A DNA stretch of 61,456 bases, the filler included. It is 15 parts of 15 records of this genome, joined end to end, with 100 filler letters (N's around TTAATTAATTAA, not from the genome) between each part and the next. Parts side by side here need not be neighbours in the genome. Positions count along the whole stretch, not along the records: positions 1 to 3,134 come from SRR7504441_33596; positions 3,235 to 6,514 come from SRR7504441_33617; positions 6,615 to 9,859 come from SRR7504441_33806; positions 9,960 to 13,306 come from SRR7504441_33953; 11 more parts are not named here. The stretch is one strand, 5' to 3'. The position numbers and the translations under genes are program-made. The notes below the pieces were generated by a model, which saw nothing but the letters and a program-made list of their open reading frames with translations, made no database searches and was not told the origin of the DNA. The first letter of the stretch is position 1. Each line of letters starts with the position of its first letter. Positions 1 to 13,100 of the stretch are shown here, piece by piece.

Positions 1-284
1 AGCTCACGCTTGTTTGGCATTGGGCTTGCCACTGGCTTGACTCCATTTGGCACTGCATCCGCCAAGAACTCTCTCACTATTCCCAATGGCCCTTGACCAT
101 CTTCGCGAATTCCTCGAGTCTATCTAGCCTTGACAGCTTGTCATACTCTTCAAACGCTTAATTAAACAGTTAACTGCTGGTGTCCGATCTGTTGGCCCCA
201 AAAGCCATCCCCTTTAAATATGCAATTTGAATTCAATCAATCGGATTCAATAACGTAAACTCGAATCTTTGACTATCCGATTAA

Positions 285-3032
285 TTAAATGTCAACATCG
301 TCTGAATTTTCCATGGCCAAAAGCTCGAGCGGCGCCGCCCTGGCATCAAGCCTGGCATTAGCCCTGACATCCTCGACCTCCCAGCCTGGCTGTAGGTGCG
401 CACTCGGGTCATAGTCCTCAAGGTCATCCAGCGAGATGATCCCAGCCCCCTCGTAGTGGTCAAACCCATCATTGGTGCCCAATATTGTCAGCGTATCCCC
501 GTCGCGTACATTCGATTCATACAGCGTCGCGCGCCCCTCTTCCAGCCGCACGCCATCACACGACAGCGCTACATCTCCACATAGCCTCGGCATCCAATCC
601 AGTGGTTCAAGCTGCTCCCAGAGCTCAGCAACCGTCCCAAATATCCGGGCTTGGATGCTGTGCATAGCTGGGTGATGCTGGCGCGGCTGGACCCACAGCT
701 GCACGTTCAACTCTCCCATCAGTAGGTCACCGATAAGCTCCAGCCACCTGCCGACCAGGTGATCATGCCACACAGTATAAATGAGCCACGCACCCATCAT
801 ATGTGACTGGTCCTTCGCCTTTGAGCCTGTGGGCCCTCCTGAGCATCTCGTCAAGCCCAGCAGCTTGCGGGTGCAGGGCTGCCACTATCTGTACCGCAGC
901 GCCGAGCAAGTCAGGCCATATGTGTCCAGTGCCCTTCCTGTCAAAGATCTGGAACAGGCACCGAACATAAAAGCTTGGGCTGCAGATGAGCAGGAACTGT
1001 CGCCAAGAGCACGGTCTCCTATCTGGGACGGCCAGCCGCATAGCATCTATTATCTCTGAACATCGCCAGGCTTCGGCCACGGCACCCAAGCCAGTGTCAA
1101 GCCCGGGAGCTAAGATAAGCTCCACGTCCAGCTCTCGCACAACATCAAAGCACCTGATTCACACAACTTGCTAATGCCATGGCCAAGCCAGAGCACTCCC
1201 GGAGCGCGCACAAAGCGTTACAGCTGGTGCAGAACACACGTTCCTGCGATATGCCCAATTTGGCTTCTTTAAAGATGGACATCAACTGCCAACAAGCTCA
1301 CTGCGGTCAACGAGGTGCGCCCACCTGTGTGACAGATCGCAAAGTATCTCCAAGATTCCAACGAGAGCTCACCCTCTCACACAACCTGGCGATCTAGCCT
1401 GCCTTGCTCAGCCTGGCTGAGCATTCACCTGTCTATGTCACCAACAGGCGCGCCAGCTGACTTGGTGAGCATAGTCTGGTAATACGCTTGCAAGTCAGCC
1501 AGCCGAACCTGGTGCCGGCTTCACACCGCTGGCTGTGACCGCATACCCTAGACTGCTCCAGTTCGAACACCGTTTGCTCCCGCGCTTCCATGAACGTGGC
1601 TCTGAGCAGTGGATGCAACACTGCGGTCGCACTCTGCCTCCTCTCCTTCTCAATCCCATCGCCAACAGTGACCAGCCTATGCTTCTCCTCCCACTTGGAC
1701 ATCGCCTGAGTCGAAAACCTGAGCCCTGATCCAGTTGGCATCCCACCTGATACAGTTCGCTGAAGCTGATAGAGCCGGAGAAGTCCTCGTCGACCTGCTC
1801 TAGCAGCTGATCCGGGCTTGAATAGCTCGGGATGAAGTCAAACCACTCGCGAGCTGCACGCCGTGTGTGACAGCCCAACCCACACCAGGGCACCAGAGAT
1901 TGGTGACGTACTATTGTAGTTATGATGTACTAGAGCAACCTACTCAAGCTGCAACTCACCGGTCATGAGTAGATCTGCAAACCCCTCGTACGGTATCCCT
2001 CCAGTAGTTTCATCTGTATAGTGCTAGAACACTCGATTTCAGAATTTTCTCCCATGCGAACTGACCTTGTATAGGTCTTTAACTTGAGCAAACATCGTTC
2101 GACCATCTGACGCAGGAGGCGCCAAATGCCTCCTCTGCCAAGCAGGCTTTTCGTATTCGCGGCATTTGGCCGTTAGCGCGAGCGACTGTCGGCCCAGTCA
2201 GCCCCGGCAGGCGTGTTGTAGACCTGAAGGAAACAGTACCAGGAGACTTGGTCAACCCTATCCGGGGCCTGTGCGTGTTGTCAGTCTAAGCCGCTACCCG
2301 CCCGACGGCTGCCTGCAACAGCCACTCCGACTTCTGACTTCCTTCTGCTGTGCTACAAAAGCCGAAACAGCCTGGCCGGCCAGAATTGATGGTGGCTGCT
2401 TATCTCTGGTGGTCACCAGCGGGGGTGGCGAGCGGTCGGTGCTCGTTGAAGCATATGTGCTCTTTGATCATAACCTAACCCAGCTCGACGCAGACCACCT
2501 CGGATCTGACCACATGGAAGGCATACTCGAGCATTTGTTCGATCTTATACACCTCCGCGCCTGCTGCGGTCACCACACCGCCTCGGGCCCTGGACACCTT
2601 TCAGACAGATGACGTCGATCAACGACGCCGAGGGCTCACTGCTCCCAAACAGGAACGCAAAGTGTCCCCGCACGCACAGATGCACCCGCACCTGCCCCAA
2701 CTCGCTTCCCCCCCACTACATGGGCACCCAGAAAGAAAACCAATTGAGCCGCTTCAGGTCTGCTTGCCTGCGCTCACGCCCGTGAGCCGCGAAGCAGAGT
2801 ATGCGGGGGGTGCCGGTCGTAGTGCCGGCCCATGAGGTACTCCTTCTCGAAATCGGCCTTCTTCTGCCCGATCTGCGCCCAGGCTAGGCCCCGCGGCGGT
2901 GCTCAGGCCCACTTTGCCGAGGAGTCGCTCAAATTTGGACGCGTGCTCTGTCCCCACCGTCTGCCCTCGGGGCAGGCAGCAGGCACTCAGGTTGGAGATC
3001 GAGCACGGATTGGCCATGTGCGCTATCTCCAT
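285..3032 (-). CDS. Multi-exon protein with PH-like N-terminus, several EF-hands and a C-terminal ubiquitin-like domain
   Basis: Joining minus-strand exons across ~25-45 nt introns gives LKRLNWFSFWVRVHLCVRGHFAFLF...IDVICLKGAEVYKIEQMLEYAFHVV (PH-like), QVDEDFSGSISFSEL and FQIFDRKGTGHIW (EF-hands), and TVAELWEQLE...VRLEEGRATLYESNVRDGDTLTIL (Ubl). Exon model and start are tentative. Confidence 0.55.
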
Positions 3033-3134
3033 TGCTGCGGTGCCCCCGAACAGCCCGCCACCTGGAACCTATGGCATTGCGTGAATGGGTTTTATCCTCC
3101 GTGGACGTCGACGTGGCTACAGATCTATACCAAA

Positions 3135-3234
3135 NNNNNNNNNNNNNNNNNNNNNNNNNNNNNNNNNNNNNNNNNNNNTTAATTAATTAANNNNNNNNNN
3201 NNNNNNNNNNNNNNNNNNNNNNNNNNNNNNNNNN
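3135..3234. other. Artificial contig linker N44-TTAATTAATTAA-N44 (first of 14)
   Basis: Same 100-nt spacer at 3135-3234, 6515-6614, 9860-9959, 13307-13406, 16574-16673, 21859-21958, 24983-25082, 30685-30784, 34605-34704, 38797-38896, 43309-43408, 47930-48029, 51588-51687 and 57766-57865. The core has stops in all six frames. Confidence 0.98.
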
Positions 3235-6200
3235 ATTCTGGATACTCCGGATCGATCGAAGCCCTGCAGTTTCAAAGCTTTGCTGGCGTGACACCAGCAG
3301 ATCTGCGGGGGCCAGTTGTGGATGCCGAGTCACTGCTGGGGCTATGCAGATTTGCCACAACCCTCATTGACAGCCTCGACGACCCATCTGTACTAAAGGC
3401 ATGGCTGCTGGGGGCCATCAGTATTGCAGGCCACAGCGCTGAAAAGAAGCCTATCATCACCATTTGTGCTGCCCAGGTTAGAGAAGATGACGAGACGATC
3501 ATCGATGCCTGTGCCAATGTTGTTCGGGCATGCGTTGAGAAGCACCCTCACCTGGCAGAAAGTATCGCCGAGGCCAGGGACTCGAGAGGGCGGTCTTGCT
3601 ATGATATTGCTACGCCGCAATGCCGCACTGCTCTGAACAAGGTTTTGTTGTTCGTGGGAAAATATCGTTTGAAACAGCCCCCCGAGCACCAATCACAGAC
3701 TTCTACCGTCTTTTTGGCCGAAGAGGTCATCGATGAAGCTGCTAAGATCACCCGTCGTGTGGCCATAAAGTTTTTTTCTCGGCAGCAGGAATTCGACAGA
3801 GAAGTACAAGCGAGACTGCAGCACGGAAGCGGGCAGCCCAAGAAGTTGTCAGCTGAGTTCGTAATCTCGGTCGATTCAAGCTTCAATGCTGATTCGAGGC
3901 TTCCTGATGGGCGATCGTTCAGAGCCGAAGCATCGAGCAGATCCCTGCCGCCCTTCGCGATTATCATGCCGGCAGGAGAAAGGAACTTGTTGGTGTCGAG
4001 GGCACAGGATCGGATGAGCGTTGATGAGATGATACAGACAATGATATCACTCGGTAAAGCACTGGCGCACGTACACTCTCAAGGCATAATCCACGGGGAT
4101 TTCAAGCCTTTGAATGCCCTTAGATGCTCTGCGACAAAACGTTGGAAACTGATCGATTTCGACGCCAGTGCTGCAATCGGCTCCAGCGTGGCATCAAAAT
4201 TTAGTGAAGCGTATATCGCACCCGAGTTTATGCGCGCTCTGCTACCCCAGCGTACTGATGGAAGACCGTTACTACACGATGATGGCACAATTGATGGAGG
4301 TTGCATAGAAGCCACTGTCGTACTCGATATCTGGGCGTTTGGTGTCGTCATGTTCGAGCTTTTGACTGGTCACGATCTTTTTCCAAAGGAAGTCAGGGAC
4401 GACACGTTGAGATCGGCGACTCAATGTGAAAAGCTGGCCTCGTGGACGGAACCTTCAGGTGCACAGCTGAGTTTGATTTTAAAGGGCACGGACGCCCCGT
4501 CTAGGATGAAGATCGCGGCCCAAGATCTCGTTGCCCTCTGCCTGCAGGTGTGCTTCGTATCCCATTTTGTGATGTGATTGGTGCCTGTTGTTGCCAGGGC
4601 GAGCCGACAGCCCGACCCCAGTCAATGGCCGAGATCTTAGACCACTGTTTTATGACGATGGAAGATGCCTTTCCTGAGCCGCTCGGGCGTCCACTTTCTT
4701 CGTCTAAAGGAGCCAATGTTATTCTCAGTTACACCACTAGGGATATCTCAGCGATGTGGCGCATCAAGCGAACACTGAGATCACTTGGGGTTACAACAGC
4801 GGACGGCACTGAGGTCTCTCTTAGAGTTGTGTGCAGAAGCGAGTGCTCATTGTTCGGCAGGTGCCACCTGGTGCTGATTGGCGCGCATGGTATTTCAAGC
4901 AGCTGGAAGCAGCCAGTGTGTTTCTCATTATATACAGTCCGAGGTACCTACAATCGGCAGCATGCTACGAAGAGGCACGGGCGGCTCATTCGTGGGGAAT
5001 GCCAATCGTTTGCTGCCATGTTGATGACCCTGAGGATGTTGCGGGCACACTTTTGAAAAACGTAAATTTCAACAAGGCCTCGCCCGAAATGTCCCCGTAC
5101 AAAGATTGGCCCAGCTGTACTCGCCGACAAGAATGGACCGGTACCCTATCAACGGTCATGCGCACAATTCCTGAGGCAACGGGCGACTTTGGTGCGAGCT
5201 TTCCTCAGAACATCTCCATTTTGGTTGCTGCAATTCAAGCTGCGGTGCCACCCTCATCTACTATCCATGCGTCCCTCGTATCTGCTGAGGCGGATCGTGC
5301 ATTTGCTGAGATCCTGCGGGATGAGCTCATTGCCAAGGGGTTCAACATCAGAACAAGTGGTTTGACCGAACCGGAGCAAACAGAGCCTCCAGTGCAAATT
5401 CTCATATTGTCAGGATCGTTTCTGGTGGAGCGCTCGTGTCTTCAAGAGTTGAGATCTGGGTACGAAGCAGGCTCATCTGTGCTACCTGTTCTACACGATA
5501 AGTCATCATTTGAGGATATCTTGATGCATTGTACGGACCAGGAAGTCTCGGGATCTTCCGAACTGGCTTACAGCTTGCCATTCATCTCCAGTATCCTGAA
5601 TCGTGCCAATCGCATTCCCGCCCGCGAAAACTTTAACACAGACCATCACCTACATGTGCTCACATGCGCTTTACAGGGCTTGCTTTTCCTAGATCGAAGT
5701 GAAGCTGCAGTGCTCGCGAGACGCGTTCCCAAGTTGTATTCATTGATCAACAAGGTTATTCCACCAACAACCAACTTTTCCGTGGACTCACGCCATGACG
5801 TTTCGCAGCTGCTTCGAGCGATTCTACCGGATGCTCCTCACTTGGAGTCGTGTTTAGGAACGAGCACCCCCCACTCTATTTCTGGAGCTCCAGCCGAACA
5901 TGGCGAGAGTGAACGACCAGAGCGAGTGGTATTTTGCACAGCTGGCGGAGCCGAAGCAGAAGTCCTCACCGCCCGGATGGAGCTCGAGATGGAGAGATGC
6001 CGCATTCAAGTAGCTAAAGTTGGGCATGGAGATCTGCGTTGGTGGTCTGAGTGCGATCATTCTAGCCATGTCGTTGTGCTCCTGTCTGGAGATTTTGTTG
6101 CGTCAGGCTCAGCTGAGAGTCAGTTGACGTATGCCAAGGATACTGGCCGCAAGATTGTTTACGTGATGCACGATGTCGAGAGCTTTGGGCAGCTGATGGC

Positions 6201-6387
6201 TGCATCGACCCAAATTGTAGCGAAGCCTCGTGTTGACGATGACGATTTGCTCGAAGCCGTTGGCCAGCACCAGCTGATACGATCAATGTCTGCTCAAGAG
6301 CGTGATGTCTTGCGCCAAGCAGCTGAGATGAAAATAACTGAAGAGGAATTAGACATGATAATCATCCGGCGCAACTCAAGTATATAG
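3235..6387 (+). CDS. Protein kinase followed by three TIR-like domains (5' partial)
   Basis: Kinase motifs VAIK, HGDFKPLN, LIDFD, YIAPE, DIWAFG. GT-AG introns 4548-4597 and 4814-4860 join ORFs 3288, 4550 and 4831. TIR-like segments VILSY...VFLIIYSPRYLQSAACYEE, ILILSGSFLVERSCLQEL and VVVLLSGDFVASGSAESQL. Confidence 0.8.
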
Positions 6388-6692
6388 GTAAACCTTTGAT
6401 CAGAGTATACATTACTGTAGCACCATGCTAATTAGACCCTAATATTAAACGCACGGGAGCGGCCGCTATAATTATGCCGACCTCGGGCCCTCATCTCCGG
6501 TGGGATCCTTTTTTNNNNNNNNNNNNNNNNNNNNNNNNNNNNNNNNNNNNNNNNNNNNTTAATTAATTAANNNNNNNNNNNNNNNNNNNNNNNNNNNNNN
6601 NNNNNNNNNNNNNNCGCAAGACTGAGCTGCTGAGACATCAACTGGAGCTGTTCAGGCCGAATGGCGGTGCGACCACGCAGCTGCGCCGTGGA

Positions 6693-9600
6693 TTGGGTAA
6701 TTCTGTACCCGAGCCGGAGCTGAGCTCGATGGAGTATGCGAACGAACCAGTGAGCAACTTTGAGGATAACAGCATTGAGACTACGCTTGGTCAAATGAGA
6801 CAACAGACGGGGCAGAACAGGTCAAATGGGACTCTCCGCAGCGTCGTGGACCGGTTCGTGGCCAGTGATACGCCGGCAGATTTCAAGTCAGAGTTTTCCC
6901 CGGCGAAGATCGCAGCGGAAGGACCCGATGAGCACAGAGTTGTGAATTACTCGGCCGATGAGGTGCAGACCACCACCGATAGGATCATGAACGCGGTGGG
7001 AGGGTTCTCGAAACAGAGTGTCGACAACGGTCCTTATTTTAAAGGCCCGAAGCACAGTGTGGGCAGCAATCCGTGGTTCAGAGGCTTGAACGCTGCTCGT
7101 GACAAGATGGCTGTCGCTGCGGGAGTATTCAGCGATCACGGCAAGATGGGCAATGGGCAGCCAAGCGAGTTGGCAACAGAAGTTGACGCGCCTATTGATG
7201 CAGCAGGGGAGTATTGTAGTACTGGTGCGATCAGTACACCCTTCAGGGAGTCTGAGGAAGGGCACATCCGTCCGAATGTGTTGACTGATGTGGATCCAAT
7301 TGTGGACGCCTGTAAACTTTCTTTCGACGACATCCAGGAACTACAGGAGGCTCTCGATCTGTTGTCGACTGGAGTGAGTCAAGCGACGGGCAGCGTGCGA
7401 CCCTTGTTAGGTATGGCGGTGGGACCGACCCACAAGAGAGATGCTCTTATTTCAGTTGACGAGGTGAAGACTCAACTTGCTTTTGTGGCCACCGTAGTGG
7501 ATCGTATTGTGCGCAAGTTCGACAAGATCCAAACTTTGGAAACGACAATTACTAGCCTAAAAGCCACAGTTCAGATGCTGGGACACAACATGGTGAATCT
7601 ATCCCGGGGAGAGCGCGAAGCAGATGCTGCGGCTCAGTCAGAGGCGTACACCTGTATTCAGGGGTCTCTAGGCGAGCTTAAAGCAGCTGTTGCACTGCTT
7701 GGGGATAACGTTGTGAGGGATCCAGTTACCCTGGACACCCCAGTATTTCAGCTGTTCAGGGTTGTTAGCGAGTTGCAAGACAGCATGCGATCGAGGTCTA
7801 GTGACACAGCAGCCATTCGCCGCTCAGTGGATAAAGTCACTGCTGCTGCCAATTCTGCGTGGTTCAATATCAGCAGAGCAATTGGTAAAGACGAACCTGC
7901 ATCTGACGAGGCGTATCTCTTACGGACATCTTTAAGTGACTTGGAGTCTGCTGCATCTCATGTGCACGACATGGTAGAGTCTTGTGACTGTCGATCTGCT
8001 GGGAATCAACTTGCTTGTGCCAGTGTAGCAAAGCTCCGCAAGTCAATGCATCGTCTGGACGACTCTCTTGAGAATGCCTGGTTTAATGCAAAGCGGCTGT
8101 TACCAAGCAGTGCCAAAAAGGCAGGCGTGTTCCTACAAGACACGAAGTTCTACTTTGATCGAATGCACAACTCAATATGCGACCTCGATGTAGCATTTAA
8201 AGGTGCTGGCGACAGGCTTCTCAAGCTCTTCAAAACCCGAATCCCTGCTGGTGACCGCCTTGCTGCGTCTGTAAATGATCTGTCCGTCGCCCTTGCTAGA
8301 GTAAAACACAGTGCCACACAATCATTAGGTGGCGAGACCAAGGTGAAGTCGCTGATCTCGGCCTGCGATCCCCAGCATTACCACAAAGTGGGTCAAGCCA
8401 TTGAGATAATTGTGACTTCACTAGGAAGTCTTGAAGCTAATCTCACAAACTTTTGCACCAGTTCTCCGGGAAAACGAGACAGCAAATGGTTCAGAGGATC
8501 CGATCCGATATCCTGCTTGCAGTTGGACTTTGAGAAGTTGGCCGATGCTATTGGCGTCGCCTGGGATAGTATGATCAAGGCTACTACTCAGCATAGACAA
8601 GCAGCCCCACTCCATCAAGAGACCGATCCCCACGCAGTTTATGCTCTCAGCGCCGACATCGATCAACTTAGGCAGTCGTTAGACCAATTTAGCGACAATC
8701 TTTTTCATGCAACAGAAGGCGAAGGTCGCCGTTTGAAGATAAGTATCGAAAATCTTAGTGGCGTGATCCGCAAGACTGGCCACGGACTCATCTCAATGCT
8801 GGGAGGGCACAGTCGGCCACGGACAAGTTCTAACTTTGAGCGCAAGGAGTCAAACGGACTCAATCGGACTTGGAGCTATGAGACTGTTCGTAATGAGCCT
8901 GACGATCCTGCCTCTGAAAACACAGGTCTTGAGCATGAGGAGTCATCCACATCACCACAGGGACTCACTCGAACTATCACGCAAAGTTGGATGATTCAAA
9001 ATGAGCATGGCGGTCCTTCTACCAAGAGCAGCCAATCCTGGTTTCGAGGCGCTGTGAAGAAATCCTGGTTTCAAGGCTCGGTGATGTCTACTAATACCGC
9101 TACAGGCAGTGATGCTGCTCAGGCTAGAGAGATTCCATCACAGGGAGTAGATCGATCCAAAGATGGTCAGAGCAGCGACAGCAGGGTGATGAAGCTGGCT
9201 CCTCCTTTCGAGGGTAACCTTGAAACAAAACTCGCGCAATTGGAGGCACGGAAGGCTGAGCTTGTAGCTGCAAAGGACTTCCGGAGTGCGGCAGCAGTCA
9301 AGCAACAGATCAAAGCCTTGAAGGAACGCGAGGAGCAGAACCAAAGCCTGAGAGCGTCAGACGCTGTGAACGATGCCGAGCTTGCTGCGCCTGTCTCAGC
9401 TGAGCGGCTAGGGCAGCTCATTATGCAACTAGGGCAAGTCTGTGATGCAGGTCAAGCCAAGATGCGCCAGGTACTTGGCGATCCCATGTACTTTGCACTG
9501 GCTGCTTACCGATCAAAGCAGTCCCGCGATGCTGGGCTAGATTGTTCTGAGTTCTGGGGCGAGTTCTGGACTCATATCATTGTAGACATTGGAATGAACA

Positions 9601-9859
9601 AGTGTGCTCAATTAATCGAGAGCATGCTAAATGACACCCAGGCCAAGTGGGAAGCTAGCACCGCGGGAAAGGCCCGCGAACAGTTTCTTTGTGACATGGC
9701 CGACTATTATACCTGTTTCCCAGGCAGTTTGGCTGGCAACGTGCATCTTGAAGAGCTGCAGAAGGTCTGGGGTGAATGGAGCGGCCCTCTACTTAAGAAA
9801 CTTGATTTGGATATGGATGGCAATGTTGGACCAGAAGAGTGGCTTCATTTCTGGGACGA
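6693..9859 (+). CDS. Large helical/coiled-coil protein with UVR-like motif and C-terminal EF-hand (3' partial)
   Basis: >1000-codon intronless ORF. LAQLEARKAELVAAKDFRSAAAVKQQIKAL is UVR-like (~9230-9320); LDLDMDGNVGPEEW is an EF-hand. Start uncertain (first ATG at 6729). Confidence 0.7.
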
Positions 9860-10150
9860 NNNNNNNNNNNNNNNNNNNNNNNNNNNNNNNNNNNNNNNNN
9901 NNNTTAATTAATTAANNNNNNNNNNNNNNNNNNNNNNNNNNNNNNNNNNNNNNNNNNNNAGTCGAGTGGGTCAGCCCCACCACATAACAAATGTTACTTA
10001 GTCTTTATCTTGGTGTAGAATCACAGTACAAGTTTGTAGTCTAATTAATATCTAGAGTCACTAAGAGTCACACATTAGTATACTGTAACCTCGAATTAAC
10101 ATAATTCATTATTCTAAACGTATTGAAATGACATTATCTTTGTGGCTATC

Positions 10151-13100
10151 TTATCGGGTGGGTGGTTTTGGGCTCACACTACCTTTCACTACATTAATGC
10201 GGTCGACGAGCTCGCTAAGGATTCCAGACAGATTTGAGCTCGGTAAGGCAGCCGCTCCCTGAAAGCGCTGAACATGAAACTTGAGCTGACCAGTGCAACG
10301 ATCATACCCGACCCAATCGTGCCCTCCGCTCGCGACCTTTCTCTTTAGATTGTGCCTATGGTTCCTAAATTCTTCCCGCGAAAGTGGGAGGTTAGGCTGA
10401 GTAGGGAGCATCAACTCAGCTGTGACCAAGCACTTGCAATCAAGGGCTGGCAGCTCAACAGGATCCAGTCGCACTCCTCCGCGAACAATCTGAACCCTCT
10501 CGCAATCAACGCTTCTTAGGTCCACGGGTTCCTCCCAAGCAACGCTGCCAAAGCCTTCACGTGTGATGCTGAAGTTGTTCACAGCTTGCAGTTCTTCTTG
10601 CGTCATGCCCTGCAATTGTTGAAGTGGCGGAGAATAGGTGTATTCCCGCCCCCGGATCTGCTTGGTGAGCATCACTTCTTGCGGTAACAACTGGACTGTC
10701 TGCTGTGACGATGCGTTCATTATCAAGTGCACGTTGTCCCCACTGATGGAGGTACCACTGATGCTCATCGGCAGACCTTGAAGTGGGAGGGGCATGGGTT
10801 GTGCAGTTGGCAGCTGCAGGCTTGGGCTATTCTGAATCGCCCTGACTGATTGGACAATGTTGATGTGACTAGGTGCAACCCGATGTTGCAATGTCAATGC
10901 ACTTGTCGTCACTGCAACCAGTCCGGACGCCAGCCCAGTGTGACCCAAATTTGCCTTATGTCCCACTAAAACGAGTGGCCCCGCTGCCAGCTCAGTGACA
11001 GAGACCAGAGCCATGAGCTCGGGTATGTCAGTGGAGGGATTACCCATGCCATGCGGATGCGCTACCCTGACACCCTCGGCTGCAGGTGGACTGCCCGCCA
11101 TCGAAAGTGCGCTCTCGGCAGCGCTTGCCATTTTCTCAGGGTCAGCAAACCCCACGGGGAGGAGGGCACTGGTACGGTTTGCTGCCCAACCAATCAGACA
11201 ACCGTCCGTCTTCGTTTGACCCAATATTAATGCACAACATGCTTCGGAGAGTATTGTTCCGTCAGCCTGTGAGTCAAAGGGCCGTATCAAGCCAGCCATA
11301 TCTTTAGGTTCAAGTGCCATCGAACGCGAGAAGGGGATCAGGTTTGAGCTAGTGACAATTGCGTGGCCACAGTGGCCAATATTATCAAGTGCCCGGTGCA
11401 CCGCCAAGTATCCACTGGCACATGCTCCAGAATCGATATTGGCGATAGGACCGTCAACGCCCAATTGAGATGCTATTACCCGTGCAACAGCCCATTGCTG
11501 CAGCATCACGTCGTTTTCGGTGCTAACTGCACAAAACACGCCGCTTCCCTGCGGTGCGCCCTCTAGTTTCGCATCCACAAGACTTGCACAACAACAATCT
11601 AGTAGCAGACAAATGTCCTCGTGGATGGGGTCTTGAGCCTCAGAATTCCACATGATCTCGTGTTTATACACCTTAAGGTCGAGAACAAAACCAGCTGCAA
11701 TTAACTGTATCTGCTGATGCTTTGGCTGGCGTGCTTTTCGGTCAGATGACAATCGCGGCTCGATGCAGTTTGCACCCGTGCATAACGCGTGCCACAGTTG
11801 ATGTGGCATTTCTATGCGCCCTGGAAGTCGGCATGCTTGGCCAAGAAGCTGAACACCCGAGACAGCCTTTCTTGCAGACCTTACAGCATCAGGGATACCG
11901 ATTGTTGGAGTATCTGGTTCTTTAACATGAGCCAGCGTCAGGGGGCTGAAGAAGCAGTCACGAGTTTTACTTGTCTCTTGCTGGGCATGTATAAATTGAG
12001 CTATTGCTTGAGCCGTGGGGTAATCGAATGCCAGCCTGCTTGGCAGTTTGGTGGCCCTGCCTAGCTCGCTCTGGAGCAAGCTTCTGAGTTCAGTGGCTGC
12101 AAGCGAGTCTACTCCACTCTCCACTAAGGAATCGTGCATCACGACTGGCGCTCCTGCAACTTCCTGCACCTTCTGCAGCACCATTTCCTCCACTGCTTCT
12201 AAGGACCGCTGGCTGTCGGGGCTGCCTGTAGCTGCCGTAGGGTGAGCTGAAGCAACCCTGTGGGCAGCGAAACTGGTAAACACTGGTATGAGGTCGAGCT
12301 CTCCATTCTCAGCCAAAGTCAGCTCAAAGCTCCTCAGTTCGCTGTTCTTTAACTGGAGGCTAGTTGAATGCTCTGGCTGAACTGCTGATGATTTTCTTGA
12401 TCCCAATAAGCTTCTTAGGAGCTCGCCATGACTGACGACGAGTACCTCAGACTCCGGACGTGCCATTATCCACTCTAGCGCGCAAGTTCCTCTTCTAAGC
12501 AGTGATCCTGCCGGCTCCAGCTGATCTGCCATCCATAGCTCATCTTTCTCGGTTTGCAACTCCGAAAAGTCCCATTCGCTGAATGTTCTGGCCAGCTCAG
12601 TGCGCGGCCTCCGCTTTGAGTGCAGCAAAATTCCCGAAATCTCGCGCAGCCAGTCAAGCGACACCCGTACAGCATGTGCCGGAAGCAAGATATTTGCGGT
12701 CTGGATTGTCCTAGACAACGACGAGGCAACCACAAGATCCACACCAGCCAGCAGGTCGGCATGCAACATACGAGTCTGGGCTGCCTGCTCTCGGCCTTGC
12801 TCAGTCAGCTCTGCGTCGAAACAATCGTCGTCGGCGATGAGGTGAAGATCCTGATCCTTGGCATTCTCAAAACGCACATTGTGCGCTGCTTGCGCATGCC
12901 GCACAAAATGCACCAGCTTTCGGCGCTTAGTGACGTTTGGTTCAGTAGTGCGGCCCCCTGTAGCAAAGTCTGCCAGGAACTGCGGTGCCTCGTTCTCGCC
13001 ATGCTCCATTCGCATCAACAGCACTGGCCACTTCGCAGGCACCATTCCCACCACGCCTGCGTTCAGATTGAGCTCGAGAGCACGGAATCCTAAATCTTCG

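Noticed and set aside
2832-3134. Plus-strand Cys/His-containing ORF as a zinc finger
   Set aside because: The opposite strand gives a coherent spliced gene with proper splice sites, and the Cys spacing fits no finger I recognise.
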